Of a DNA stretch of 64,000 nt, positions 1 to 12,700 are shown in pieces. The stretch covers positions 14,854,046 to 14,918,045 of the forward strand of contig CM119270.1 in assembly GCA_051294375.1 (NCBI GenBank), given 5' to 3'. A program made the translations under genes and the position numbers. This DNA is from Paraspadella gotoi (taxonomy: Eukaryota > Animalia > Chaetognatha). The notes beneath the pieces were generated by a model, which had not been told where the DNA came from, searched no databases, and saw only the letters and a program-made list of their open reading frames with translations. Each line of letters begins with the position of its first letter. Within the stretch, counting starts at the first letter, position 1.

Positions 1-410
1 CAGTTTTTGCAGCTAGCTCTGTGGTGCTTATTAATCGAGGCCTTCGCTGTGTTATATAACTTGATTCGGTGCAGCGGACCGCAATGAGGGAGTGAGCGGC
101 TGGAATTCTCTTGCAGCGGTAGGTGTGCCTTAATAATTTCGAGCCTACTGCTTGTATATATACTCTGATTGTCAGGTCGGAATATGACGGAGTTTACGGG
201 AATTTTGCAGGGTGGTGCTTATATAATTCGAGCCTCTGTGGGATAGTCATATACTTGATTGGCAGGGCGCAATGAGGAGTTTAGGGAATTTTTGCAGCGG
301 TGCCGTGCTTATAATTCGAGCCTCTGTGTATATAACCTTATTGGCAGGGCGAAAATGACAGGAGTTAGGGAATTTTGCGCAGGGTGGTGCTTATAATTCG
401 AGCCTCTGGT
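1..410. repeat. Tandem minisatellite, ~5 indel-rich units (hand consensus ~78 bp)
   Basis: The block GGTGGTGCTTATAATTCGAGCCTCTG...GGCAGGGCG.AATGA.GAGTTAGGGAATTTTTGCAG recurs every ~80-100 nt and runs off the window start. Confidence 0.85.
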
Positions 411-591
411 GGGAGACCGACGTTTAAAAAACTGAGGGAAGGCGTTCAAGTACAGGGAAAACAGCTTTAGACGAGACCCGATCGTAAACCTCTTGAAATA
501 CGCTGAGAAACTATTGAGCAGTGTTCATCTCATTGGATCTCGCAAGGAGTTGATTTTGAACTGAAGNNNNNNNNNNNNNNNNNNNNNNNNN

Positions 592-3330
592 TTACTGGAG
601 GTTGATGAGGATGGGATACTGCGCCTACGGGGCACGCAGGGAGTGTCTCAAGTAGGCCGTCGAATGGGGGAAATAAATGTATTAGAGAGATAGAGAGAGA
701 GAGAGAGAGAGAAGAGAATGAGAGAGAGAGAGAGAAGAGAGAGAGAGATAGAGAGGAGAAAATAAACTTGCAGCATGTTTCTGAGGAAATCAATCTGTTT
801 ATTTGCAGTTTTTACGGTTCAAATTTCTTTTCATCGGATCTGCTTATCAGCAGAACCACTATAATCCACTTGTCGGTCCGTCGGTTCGAGTTTTAAAAAT
901 GATGCGAATGAAAAATAATAATATTAAAAAATTATTTTGTTTGTACCATAGTACCAGTTCAGGTTTAATGTCTTGCAAAGCGATTAATGTATTGGTTCCA
1001 GCCACTGGTTTGGTATTTGTACGATCTGTTTAGGAGTCAATTGATCCAGTTTAGTGGGATCACAAATTGAAATTAAATTTACCGTGATTTATCATCTGAT
1101 TTAAGCTAATACCCGCTTAAGTTATTGTTAAGTTTTTAGATTTACAACAGGAAAAAAACTTGATCTCTTGATTTAAATCTCGTTAATCCCGACCTTCAAC
1201 GAGGGTCTATGCCAACCTCAAGCCATATTTTCAAGTACTAAGGTATATTAAAATTATAATATGTATAAATAGGATTATGTTTTTAAGAAATATATTATAT
1301 TTAAATACCTGTTTTTTGAAAAGTAAAATCCTATTTTAATATTATAAGTTATTTTAAAAAAGAAAGTCCAATTATATGTTTGAATAAATAATATAGATTA
1401 AAATACTAAATCCTTCATAAAAAATATTTAAATATTTAAGATAAGGAAAAATGAAAAAATATAGTGAAACAAAGTAATTTTTGCAAATTTGTCATACGTT
1501 ATAAAATAAAATAAAATTAAAATTAAAGCTTAATAAAAACCTTAGCTCCAAACTAAAAAAATTAACTTAAAAGATTTGTTCCAAGGGACGAATTCTTTTA
1601 CGAAAAAATAAAAAACCAATCGGTTTTTCTAATACAAACATTCCCTGCCACTCAATATTGAAATGAACAAAGAAACTCACCAAACTGGCGAACCACTTTG
1701 GTAGACCCTGGGGTCGTTTTTCTTCTTCTTTTTCCTTCCCACTCCCACGTTTTTGGGATTGACAGACTTTTGTCCGATTTTATAGAAGAGATAATTTATC
1801 ATCGTTGTGTCGCGTTTTTTAATATTATCTTTAGTTTATAAATTTTTTAATGCCACATTAGTAGCAGTCCAATAAGTTCACGTCTAGCTCGCACCAGCTC
1901 ACGCCTTTCGCTATGTCCTAATTAGGCCACTGTTTTCTGGCCTTTCTCGATCTTTCTCTATTCTCTCCTCTCATCTTGTTTAACTCATTACCTTCTTTTT
2001 GTACTGGTTGGGTTAGAAGAGAGAGATAGGAATAAGTGACATGTACAGGGACTAAGCGGATACCATAGTGCCCGATACGGTTCGCTTATATTCATCACTA
2101 CTGCTTATGAGTGTCCTGGCATGATAAAATCATAGAAACGATAAATCTATTAATGACAACAAAACACGCTCTCATGGGGAATCACTACCTTTATTAAACA
2201 AATCCTAAGACACAAACAGGAAAAATTATTCAAAAAGGGAACAACGAGGGAAGGAAGAGAAGAATCTCAACAATTCGTGTATTAACAGAGAGAGAGACTT
2301 CGCCTCACTCAATTTTACCAGCCGGTGTAAATTTACCAATGCTAAAGTGGTTTCCGCTCAGTGGGAAGTTCTTTGTTTTTCATAATTGAGCAGGGAATTT
2401 TATTAGCGATAAACCGGATTGGTTTTATTTTCTTTACAAAGATTCGTTCCTTGAACAAATCTTATTAAAGTTAATTTTTTTTCAGTTTTGGGAGCTTAGT
2501 TATTTTTAGCTTATTTTATTTTATTTTTATTTATAAACGTATGAAGAAAAATATATTAGGCAAAATTACTTGGTTTCACTATTTTTTCATTCTATTTTAA
2601 TATAATATTTTATGGGAAGGATTTAGGTATTTACTATTATATATTTATTTCAAAACATATTATGCTTTTCTTTTTTTAAAAATACTTTTTATAAATCATA
2701 TTTCTCTCGTTCTACAATTAATGCATTATTTATTCTTATAAATTATTACCTTCAGACTTCTTGAAATTGGCTTCGAGTGTTTGCGTATAGGACTCGTTTG
2801 AAGGTCATGGTGTGGATTTCCGACAACGTATATATACGAGAGATTTTCAAGAATGATTCATAGTTTTTTTCCTGTTTTAAACAATTCTTAAATAAAACTA
2901 AACAATAATTAAGCAGCGGTAATTTAGCTAATCAAGATGATAAATCCACGGTAATATTTCAATTTGTGATCTAACCTGATCAAATTGATCCTAACAGGAT
3001 CGTAACCATACCAAACCACAGTGGGGCTGAACCAATAACATGTAAATCGCTTGCAAGACATTAAACTGAACTGTACTATGGGTACAAAACAAATTAATTT
3101 TTAAATATTATTATTTTTTCAATTCGCTCATTTTTAACTTCGCCCGACCGGACCGGACAAAGTGGATTATTAGTGTCTGCCTGTAAGCTAGATTTCCGAC
3201 TGTAAAAAAAGGAAATTGAACATATTTACCGTAAAATAACTGCCAAATAAACACAGATTTGAAATTTCTTCAGGAAATCTTCAAGTTATTTTTCTTCTCT
3301 CTTCTATCTCTCTCTCTCTCTCTCTCTCTT

Positions 3331-3371
<41 letters not shown>

Positions 3372-3432
3372 ATACCTGTTTAATTTTCCCAATTCACCCT
3401 CACGACCTCTTGTCCATCTTCATCACCTCCTA
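592..3432. repeat. Large noisy inverted duplication (arms ~592-1950 and ~2030-3432), probably a long-read artefact
   Basis: 781-1060 is the reverse complement of ~2975-3280 (GTCTTGCAAAGCGATT / AATCGCTTGCAAGAC), and ~1200-1245 matches ~2745-2800. An adapter-like sequence sits at the centre. Confidence 0.85.
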
Positions 3433-5788
3433 AATATTTTATTCTCCTGATTAAATTCTTTTCCTTTTCTCTTCCCCGCTCTTTATCAATCCTACTAAAA
3501 GCTTACGTAACCCCTTTGCTCTGGTGGCTGTTCAAGAAATATTCCTCCGATCACCTTTATCTCCCTCTCAATTTCCTTCATCTTCTTTTTATATTGCGTG
3601 CCCTCTCATTCCACCGCAGCCCTACCCATAACACCATTCTTTTTTTTGCCCCCTGACCGAGGAGAGTCTGATCTTCTTTGCCCCCCCATTTACCCCCGAA
3701 GCGAATTCGATCGATCACGGAAGAAAGTGCGTTCACCCAGATGGGCGCCTTGAGGATGGCGCCATTACCGAAACCGCCATCCTAGTCGCGTTCGAAATGG
3801 GCCACTAGGCCTAAGCGCGCTCGCCGCTGGATTAAGTTTATAGTATAGAAGATCAGGCGGCCCCCCCCAACTTTAGGCACAGACGCCCTCCTGCGGTTCC
3901 TAGGCCACTCCCACGCATCAGACCGTCAGGTTACTTTGCCATTAGTGGGCGCATTAACGGAAACAATAAAGGTCGGGAGTGCAATGGGAGAAGAAACTGT
4001 TCTTCGCGTCGCGGATGCTATATACTTCTATAATAAACTTAGGCAAACGATTGAGCTTGACAAACCAAAAGCGTATTGATTTAAGGAGAGGTTCCAGATG
4101 TAGTAGTAATTTAATGTTACATAAAAATTTGGGATCAATTTACTTCACCCACTAAAATAACCCAAGAAATAAAATTATGGCCATGAGTTCACTCCTGAGA
4201 CCCTATTGTTGATTCGTGTATGAAAGCCAAAACTAACGCCGCATTAACTCTAATGTTTTATGGGGAAGGAATACACACTCTGGCGCCCATCAAGAGTTCG
4301 CCCTGCGACTCACACTTCAAATAAAGCTATCGTAGGTTTCCCGGGGTTCGCCACAAATCGCATCCCATCCCGGATATCCTCTCTTCAGGTCCGCCATGAT
4401 ATTTATCTTGCTTATCGGAAACTACTCCACTATAAAAGGAACCTCGAGGATTAGGAGAGTCACCTCCCGGAGTATAACAAGGTTAGATCAATCAACAAAT
4501 CCCAACGCCCCTTTAGGCGAGGTTTCTCAAACCCAAATTACTTTTTCATATTTTCTTTTGTTAATTTATATTTTATTATTACTGCCGATAAACAATAGAT
4601 TCTCCAGCGCATGGACGACGTATCCCGTAAAAAAAAAAAAAACATCGCAATCGAAAAGATGGGCGGCGTAAAATCCTCTCAGTAACGAGGTCTAATTTCG
4701 TCTTTTTGGGTTTTTTTATTGGTTTTGGTTTTTGTGTATTTTCTTTTCTTCTTCTTTTTTAATACTTCAAAAAGATTTATAAGAGCGAGAGAGGAGAAAT
4801 AGGCGAGAGATGGCGGCCTGAGTAAGAAGAGTTTCCGATGTACCTGCCCTCAAAGTTCTCACACATCGGACGCTCCCCTCGGCCGGGGCGCCGTCTAATA
4901 CATGTTTGCCCTCGCCCCTCTGTTGTATGCGGAGCAGCTCCTCCGCTACCCTCCTTGGGCGTCCGGACGACCGGTTTTGAGGGTCAGCAGTCCATACTCT
5001 CATGTCACCCTCTCGTACATCCATCACCTACTTTTGCTCATTCGAAACTCCTCTCTCTCTCGGTGGCTTGGATACACAATCAGGTGCTTTTTCACGCCAT
5101 CCAACCCACCTATTGGGATCCGGCGATAGCGCGGGGCGTCTCTTCTTCCTGTAATCTTCTAAACTCACCCTCCCGATGGTCATGTGCATAGACCATCTGA
5201 GTCTTCGATGCCATATCCCTCAACAAAAAAACCCATAGAAGCAGGAAACTCGCGGCACTGAACTCCATCGACAAATACAATACGAGTTTTGATAAAACTG
5301 GGACCACCCAAAGGAAGAAAAACAGATTGACAGGCTTGAGGACTCTCTCTGCCCTCTCTCTCTACTCTCTCTCTCTTCTTCCCCGATGAGGACAATCTCT
5401 GTCGGCGGGGTGACTCTCGCTCTTGCCATTGTTATATATTGCCAGAGAGAGAGAGAGCAGATGATGAGACAGAGAACCAAACGCCCGGCTGAGCCGTCAC
5501 TCAGAACTTTCAGGAACGGGTGGATCGACGGAACGGAGTAAATTGAGTAACGAGCTATTAGTCATATTTAGAGTGCGCATCGAAACCCGAGCGGGTGCGT
5601 TTTGAACTGAGAGCCGGAGAGAGCATCCCGCTGAGAAATCCGCTGGTCCCTTTTTCAATAACAAACTTTCTTTGTCGGACTTTTAAAAAGCCGCTGGGTT
5701 CTGTGGTCTTAGCTGGCCAAAATGTTGATGAGATTCCTTATCGCTCCTTATTTGCATCTTTTAACATTTGCATTCTTCGTACAATAGG

Positions 5789-5896
5789 CAGCGGGCTTCC
5801 GAAGGAGAAACTGTGTGTGGTCTTCTCCCTCGCTGGTCACTATTATCAGCTAGCCGCGCGGGGCTCGAGGGATGAAATAGGAGCAATCCAATTAGG
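5789..5896 (+). CDS. Possible noisy cysteine-rich-domain exon of the class C GPCR
   Basis: GAAGGAGAAACTGTGTGTGGTCT can be read as EGE-TCCWS after indel correction. It lies between an AG and a GTATG, upstream of the TM exons. Speculative. Confidence 0.2.
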
Positions 5897-6810
5897 TATG
5901 TTCTGTAACTAAAAACATCTTACGCTTAACCCCATATAATACACTACTCTTTAATAGCCCCACGCAAATGGGTCGGGCGCTCTCTTTACCACATCCTTCA
6001 TACGAATAGGTTAAATTGAAACGATTTCTTTTTTTTTTACTCTTGAACAAAATTCCCCCCGATACGATTATGAAATTACGAATGTCTCAGTTAACCGTTA
6101 ACTTCAGAGGCGGCCACAAGCATCAGCCGTTTCCATTTGGTTTCCCGCCGTCAAAAGGATTTTATTATTAAGGCAAAGAAGAGACGTTCGCCTCGTGAAT
6201 AAATTGTTAAATAAAACAAAATCAAAAAACGATAAAACGTCGACGAAAGCGAAACGGTGCCGTCGTTTCCGGTAAATCTTATTCATGTCATGAAAAATTT
6301 GAAATTGGTAAATACACCTGTTCTACGAAATCGGCTCTTTATGTTATAATTTATCGGAAGGACGAACTAGTGGTTTGTTGACTTGCTTGGATTAAAAACC
6401 GCGGAAAACCGTTTTATATCGAGAAAAACAAGGAAAGGCTAATTATCTCCCTTTCTCTCTAATTTCTTTAAGTTTATTCATAATTTAATTCTTTTCTATA
6501 ACCGTTCTGACGGACGAGAAAAATAAAATGGAAAGGAAGGCGCATTATTAATGAAACACGCAAATGAAAAAAAAAAATATTTTTCTTCCTTTCACCAAAA
6601 AAAAAATTCTTTTTTTTTTCTTTTTCCTTTTTTTTTCAGATAAAAGGGAAGAGGACGAAACAAACGGAGGACGAAAAACAGAAGGAAAAAGAAAGAAAAA
6701 GGACTATAATTTTACGCTTTCAAAAATTTGTTTCTCCTTTCTTTTTCCCTTTCTTTTTTTTTCTCCATTTTTTTTCTTTTCCTTCCCTTCCTATTTTTTT
6801 CTCTTTTTAG

Positions 6811-6865
6811 GATTGCCTTATCCGGAATCGGATGTTTGGCTTCAGCGGAGGGGAAATCACAGTTT
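6811..6865 (+). CDS. Possible TM1 exon of the class C GPCR
   Basis: Strong pyrimidine tract ending TTTAG, then IALSGIGCLASA, which is hydrophobic and TM1-like. The donor is unclear. Confidence 0.3.
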
Positions 6866-7980
6866 CTTTTCAGTTCTCATTTTTCGCATTTCTCTCTTCT
6901 GTTTGTTTGCTTTATTTTAGGTACATATTTTTGGCGTTGACACGTCGGGTTCGGTCGTTAAAATGTGGTTTGACGTTATAGGGGTCATCAGCGGGAGTCC
7001 GGGAGCGTCGCTGTTTAGTTACGATTATCTTCTCCACTGGCATTTTGTATTCAGTATTCATAAAGGAATTCCAATAGGTTCAAATATTTACCATAGATAT
7101 AAACATATTAAAACAAGATTTTTTTTGAAGGATATCCTAACTTAAACTATTACTCTCAAAAAAAAAACTAAAATCCCATTCGCGAACCCAAAACGTTCAA
7201 AAAACCCCGCGGTCTTGGTTGTGAGCGAAGAATAAATCGCGTGGATTTGCCCTGGGTGAGAAGCGGAATTTGTGAATGACCTTCGCGTGAAAGATCGTTT
7301 CCGTCTCTGGTTTGGGCCGAACTCACCTTTCACCGAGAAAAACTGCGGACAGTAAACAAGATAACGTTTGATAAAGGCAGGACCGGATTTGATAAATGGT
7401 CGCTTTTGCGTCCGAGTCGGCCTTGGGACGTCGGATTGCGTCGGGTTCTTGTCGGGTTTGGCTTTCAGGTTTGGGTCGGTCCTTGACGTAAGCAACTCGA
7501 CGGGTTCAGCGTCGAGTTGGAGTCGGCCCTTACTTTGCTTTTAGTCGTCGGCCCGGTTTTATTGTCCATATTGATTATCGGAATGGTCTAAACATTTTTG
7601 GGACACGGTTCCAAGTTGAAAAAATGAGGTCAAAGACGATTATATGTTTGGTACGTGAGTGGCGCAACGCAGCGAAAGATTACCTTCAAACCAATTCGAC
7701 GGTTTTAAAAAAAAGCTCTATAAGTAAAATGTTGGTCGCAATGGCTGAAAACCAGGGCCTCATTCTTTTCATTCTATTCTGTTAAATATTTTTAAATGAC
7801 CAAAAAAAAGTTAAAAATTGTTCGAAGGGAAAAATAAAAATTTTAATTCGGATTTGGCCGGAAAGCTGGAGAAACCCGGTTTATTTATTTTCCTAAATAG
7901 TCTTCTACTTAAACGTTTTAAGTGCCCATTTCCCCTCTCCGGCTCTCTCTTTCTCTCTCTCTCTCTCTCTTCTCTCTCTC

Positions 7981-8046
<66 letters not shown>

Positions 8047-8098
8047 CTCTTCGCCCGCCCGCCATTCTAACTCCATCTCCACTGTTTCTTATTTACAG

Positions 8099-8187
8099 TC
8101 AGATCTATTATCCTGCTACCGCGACGAAACCGCCTATCGTTTTTAAAAGCGGCTGTCGCGAACTTTTCATATCGTTCTTGTTCGCGC
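8099..8187 (+). CDS. mGluR-like exon, ICL1 and TM2 start (indel-corrupted)
   Basis: TTTACAG acceptor and GTAAGT donor. After indel correction it reads ~FIRYRDTPIVKAAGRELSY, matching the mGluR motif TPIVKASGRELSY. Confidence 0.7.
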
Positions 8188-8206
8188 GTAAGTGATTTGT
8201 TGCGGT

Positions 8207-8251
<45 letters not shown>

Positions 8252-8644
8252 ATCTCTCTCTCTTTCTCTCTCTCTCTCTTCTTCTTCTCTCTCTTCTCAT
8301 TCTTTTTTCTTTAACTCATCCGTTTGACGGTCGAGTATTTTTGGAAAACGCTTTTCGAACTCGTAGTCGCACGAACCGCTTAATTTCATTGGTTGTTTTA
8401 GGGCGAATAACTAAATTGCTTTTCAGTGTTTGTGGACGTTTCGTTTGTCCATTGTTTTTTCTGTGAGTTGAAATGAAATGAAATGAAATGAAAATTCGCT
8501 GTTTGTCAGTTGAAAAATTTCGAAAAATCAATTACTTGTGAGTTAGTGTGTACGTGATGTAGTGAATGTACTCCGAAAAAATAATCTCGCTCTTCTCTCA
8601 TCTCTCTCTCTCTCTCTCTCTCTCTCTTCTTCTCTTCTCTCTCT

Positions 8645-8679
<35 letters not shown>

Positions 8680-9665
8680 CGTAAGTGAACTCGATTCATA
8701 CCCGGGGTGGTGAGTTGGAATCGATTTAGTGGGTGATTAAGATCTCGCCTCTTCGGGCCGCTTAATCTTCCCCCTCCTATGACCCCCCATCTCGTTTACC
8801 CCCCACCATGCCACACTGACACTACCTGCCTACCATTAACTGTCCCCCTGCCCCCGATTAACTGCGCCCCCTGCCGCTTCCTCTAGCGTCGCCGGATTAA
8901 TCGCAAGGCCCGATGCCTTTTTTTTCCCCAAGCGATAAAAATAGAATGTTGAGACAAAAAACTTATCCTGGATCGAAATTCGGGAGAAATTTAATGGGAA
9001 ACTCAATCTGGAAAACTAATATTAATCTTAAACATTTTATTAATCTTAATTGTAAAAGTTTAAAGTAATGGGTAAAAAAAAAGTGCTCGCGGATTAATTT
9101 TCACCAATAGTTAAAAAAAGAAGATGAAAGTTACGAGGAACTAGAAGATTTTCTCTCTCTTCTACGTAGATTATATATAAAAAATGCTCTCGGGATTAAT
9201 TTCACCAAATCAGAAAAAAATGAAGATTGAAAAGCTACGAGGAACTAGAAGAATTTCCTCTCTCTACGTAGATTATATTTTATTCTTCCTTTTCAAACGT
9301 CTGCGTACAAATTACATGCCAGTGACCAGATTCTAGAAGACCTTGCGATTTTCTATGTACGTTTTGCACATTGATTTGGGTGTTTGGATGTTAGATCGAA
9401 CCGAAAATAGATGTAATTACGGCAAAAACGATTCTTTCAGTTTACGTCAAGAAAGTTGAGCTGCAACATCTGCCTGAAGATCTTGAACGGAGAAATCTTT
9501 TTCCTCCTCTTCATTCGTCTTTCTTCAGCCAAAAATCGGATTTTGACTCAAAATGTTTTTTTTCTCTCTCGTCGTTGATGCTTTTTAATTGAGTGTGGTG
9601 AGAACCACCTCTATTTAGCAGTAGGGTTCAAATTTACTTTCTCTCTCTCTCTCTCTCTCTCTCCT

Positions 9666-9715
<50 letters not shown>

Positions 9716-12700
9716 GGTGGGAATAGAATCAAAAAATTAGTTGTAAAAAAAAGAGAAAAAAATGAAGGAAAGAAATGAAAAAGGTAATATTTGAGAAGTG
9801 AAATTAATAAATTAAAGCTTGGTTGAGGAATTCCGAAGCTGTTAAATTAAAAATTGAGTAAACTCGGACGATTTCTCTTTAGAATACGAAATTTAAGTTA
9901 CGAAATTAATTTACTGAAGTTTTGTCGATAATTTCCTCACGAAACAAAAGAGAAGCCCGAAATTTTAAAACATCGAAAATTTGTTCGATGACATCCTTTG
10001 ATAATTTCATTTTTAGAAATGTAAATGTTTTTTTTTCCCTTTTTGTTTCCAATTTCAAAATTTACATCCTCTCCACGTCCAACCCCGCTCCGCACTTTCC
10101 TTCCACCCCATCAATCTTACCTTCCACCCCATTCACCCTTTCTTTCCAACCCTCATCATCGTCTCTTGCGCACACCCACCAGTGGAAATTTGCTGTGTAC
10201 CACATGACTTTTCGTTGATTTTGGCCAAAACCTTCGATTGTTTCTCGTGCGCCGTCCTTCGACATCGGGACTCGGCCTATGTCTTTTCCGTCTGCTACAG
10301 GTTATTTTCAACCCTAAACCTTACCTCACTTTACCTCTTATTTGAACATTGCTTTTAAAAAAAAACATTATTATTATGTATATGCTGTTCTACTATCTGC
10401 ATATGTTATTCGAATCAAAGAAACGAAATTCAAGAGTGAAAATTTTAATTCGTAGAAATATAATGGTCTTTTCATATCAATTGAAACATTCTTGAAATAT
10501 TATAACCACTTCATTGATAGGAAGCCAGGTTCACTGGGAGTGAGATATAACAAGTCTGTGAGAGAGGCTTGATTAAAAAGCTTGCAGGAAACCTGTTTAT
10601 GTTATTATCTTGCAAGTTGTGATGGAGGCCTTTAAACCACCAAAGCCTGTCCAAAGTCAGGGACAAGATAGCTTATTAATTAAATGGATGGAATAATTTT
10701 TATATTGGTTGTACCAATGCAGGGGGGGCTGGGGCAGATGAATACAAAAGCATTTGTATCCACGATCTCCTATCTATAGCTCAATAAAGAAGAGTATTGT
10801 AGTGGTGACATTAGTCTGGAGGGGATTCCTCTCACAGATTATTTAATTGTGCCACAACTTCAAGTATACAGCCTGACGTCATCCCAACTCTCTCGTGTTT
10901 GTGCGCTTGCGCGGAGTGTGTGAAATCCCTCCCATCCTTCCTCCACACACGTTAAACTATTTTGTAACGTGTTCATAATCTGGCACAGTGTTTTGTTTCT
11001 CTTTAAATCCGGCACAGTGCCCTGGCGTGCGGTCGTCAAAACGTTACCACCGAATCATCCTCGCATCTTTATTCAATGCGACCAAAAAGCATCAAACTCG
11101 TCCCTCCTCTAACCACCTCGCCCTATATAAGAGTCAAAATCATTTTGGTTGCGCCATTTGGGTCTCAGTGCAGCGTGATAGAGGATGTGAACAAAACCGT
11201 GACAGGCTAGCACGGTCTGAACACGTGTGAACACTCTCTGACCACTGCGAAGAAATGTTACGCGAATATGCGGACAGGAAAACGAAATCATTTTTATCAC
11301 CTTTGATATTACACAGCTTGGTTTATTCAAAGGCTTCGTAATTCCAAAGGATAATTTTCATGACTGCATACAGATGACAGACGATGGCAGAAAAAAAAAA
11401 CCCTAATAAATTGTCTTCACTCACTTATTTATTTTAACTCGATGATATTATTATATTTATTATATTATTATATCATATTATATGGATTCAAGCCTAATAT
11501 GCAAAATAAAACTAAAAAAAAGAAGACAAAACAAATCAATAATAATAAATGCAAGTAACTATACGATCCCTTGTTTTCATCGATCTCACTCACTGACTAC
11601 ATTACATACCAACCACTAGAGCCTTCTCAGGAGGCCTTCCATGGTAGAAGAGCGTCACTCAGGACTGGCGATTATACACCTCGTCTTAAACCTGTGGTTC
11701 GAGCACTCTCGGTCGTGATCGTCGCGAAATACTGCTGTCATCTGATCTGATGGGACACATTGGTCCGTCGCGAGGAGTGGTGGATGAAAGAAGGTATGGA
11801 GGGCTGCAGATTGGGTTATGGTCGTCAGCGAGGCGCAGAGGAGGAGGAAGAGGAGAGTGCAACAGTGAAGCGTTACGAATGGTGGAGGATTTTGCTGCGT
11901 GCTTTTGGTTTTGAAACTTGTAAACGAATTGTATCGAGAGCACCGACATCAAAGTGACCTACGGTAATATCCTAAAAGTACAGGAGAAGGTCTCTAGAAG
12001 CAACTGTGTATGATGTTTAAAGGAAGTAGAAAAGACATGAAGTTTGAGTACTCGCAGTATTCTTGATCGCGAACCTTCTTCTGTATCTTCATCGGGACAA
12101 TTGATAAGGGTTCATCGATTTCCTTTGCGCCTCCTTTCTCGTAAATTCTCTTTCCATCTCTTTCCTTTTCCATCTTTTTCTTTTCTTTCCTTTTTTCTCT
12201 TTTTTCTTTCTTTTTCCTTCATTTTTCTTTCCTTTTTTTTAATTTCCTATTCTTTCATTTCTTTATTTTTTCCTTTTCTTTTTTCCCTTCTCTTTTCTTT
12301 CCTTTTTGTTGTATTTGTTCCTTTTCCTATTTTTCCTCTTTTCCTTTTCTCTTTTTTCACTTCTCTTCCTTGACTTTTTTCTCCGTGTCTCTCTCCTCTG
12401 TTTCGTTTCCATATTCTCTTGTCCTCGCTTGTTCCCGGTCAACATTCTTATAAGGTCATTTGCCTCATACTTATTGCTCATACATTGATGACCGCTGCTG
12501 GATGAACCCGGTACCTTCTCGGAGTATCAAGCAGGATAGTGGTTAGAGATAGTGTACCTGTGTTGGCGTAAGTCGCCTCACCAATTGGTCCCGGTTTCTT
12601 ATGCTCTCTGGTGCTCGTACACAATTTCCTGGTTTATCTTTACATCATCCACCTCCCCGTACCATTTACCATTCTTCCGCTTGGACTTCAAAACGTTCGG

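Noticed and set aside
1-410. CRISPR-like array or zinc-finger repeat
   Set aside because: Whole units are repeated with no unique spacers, the context is eukaryotic, and there is no C2H2 pattern.
592-3432. Genuine foldback transposon
   Set aside because: The indel-type divergence and adapter-like centre favour a read artefact, and no TSD was seen.
3650-5600. GC-richer stretch, possibly a TE or coding sequence
   Set aside because: Too noisy; I could not support any motif.
9070-9280. ~105-bp direct duplication
   Set aside because: It lies in noisy sequence, is probably a gap-fill overlap, and shows no functional signal.
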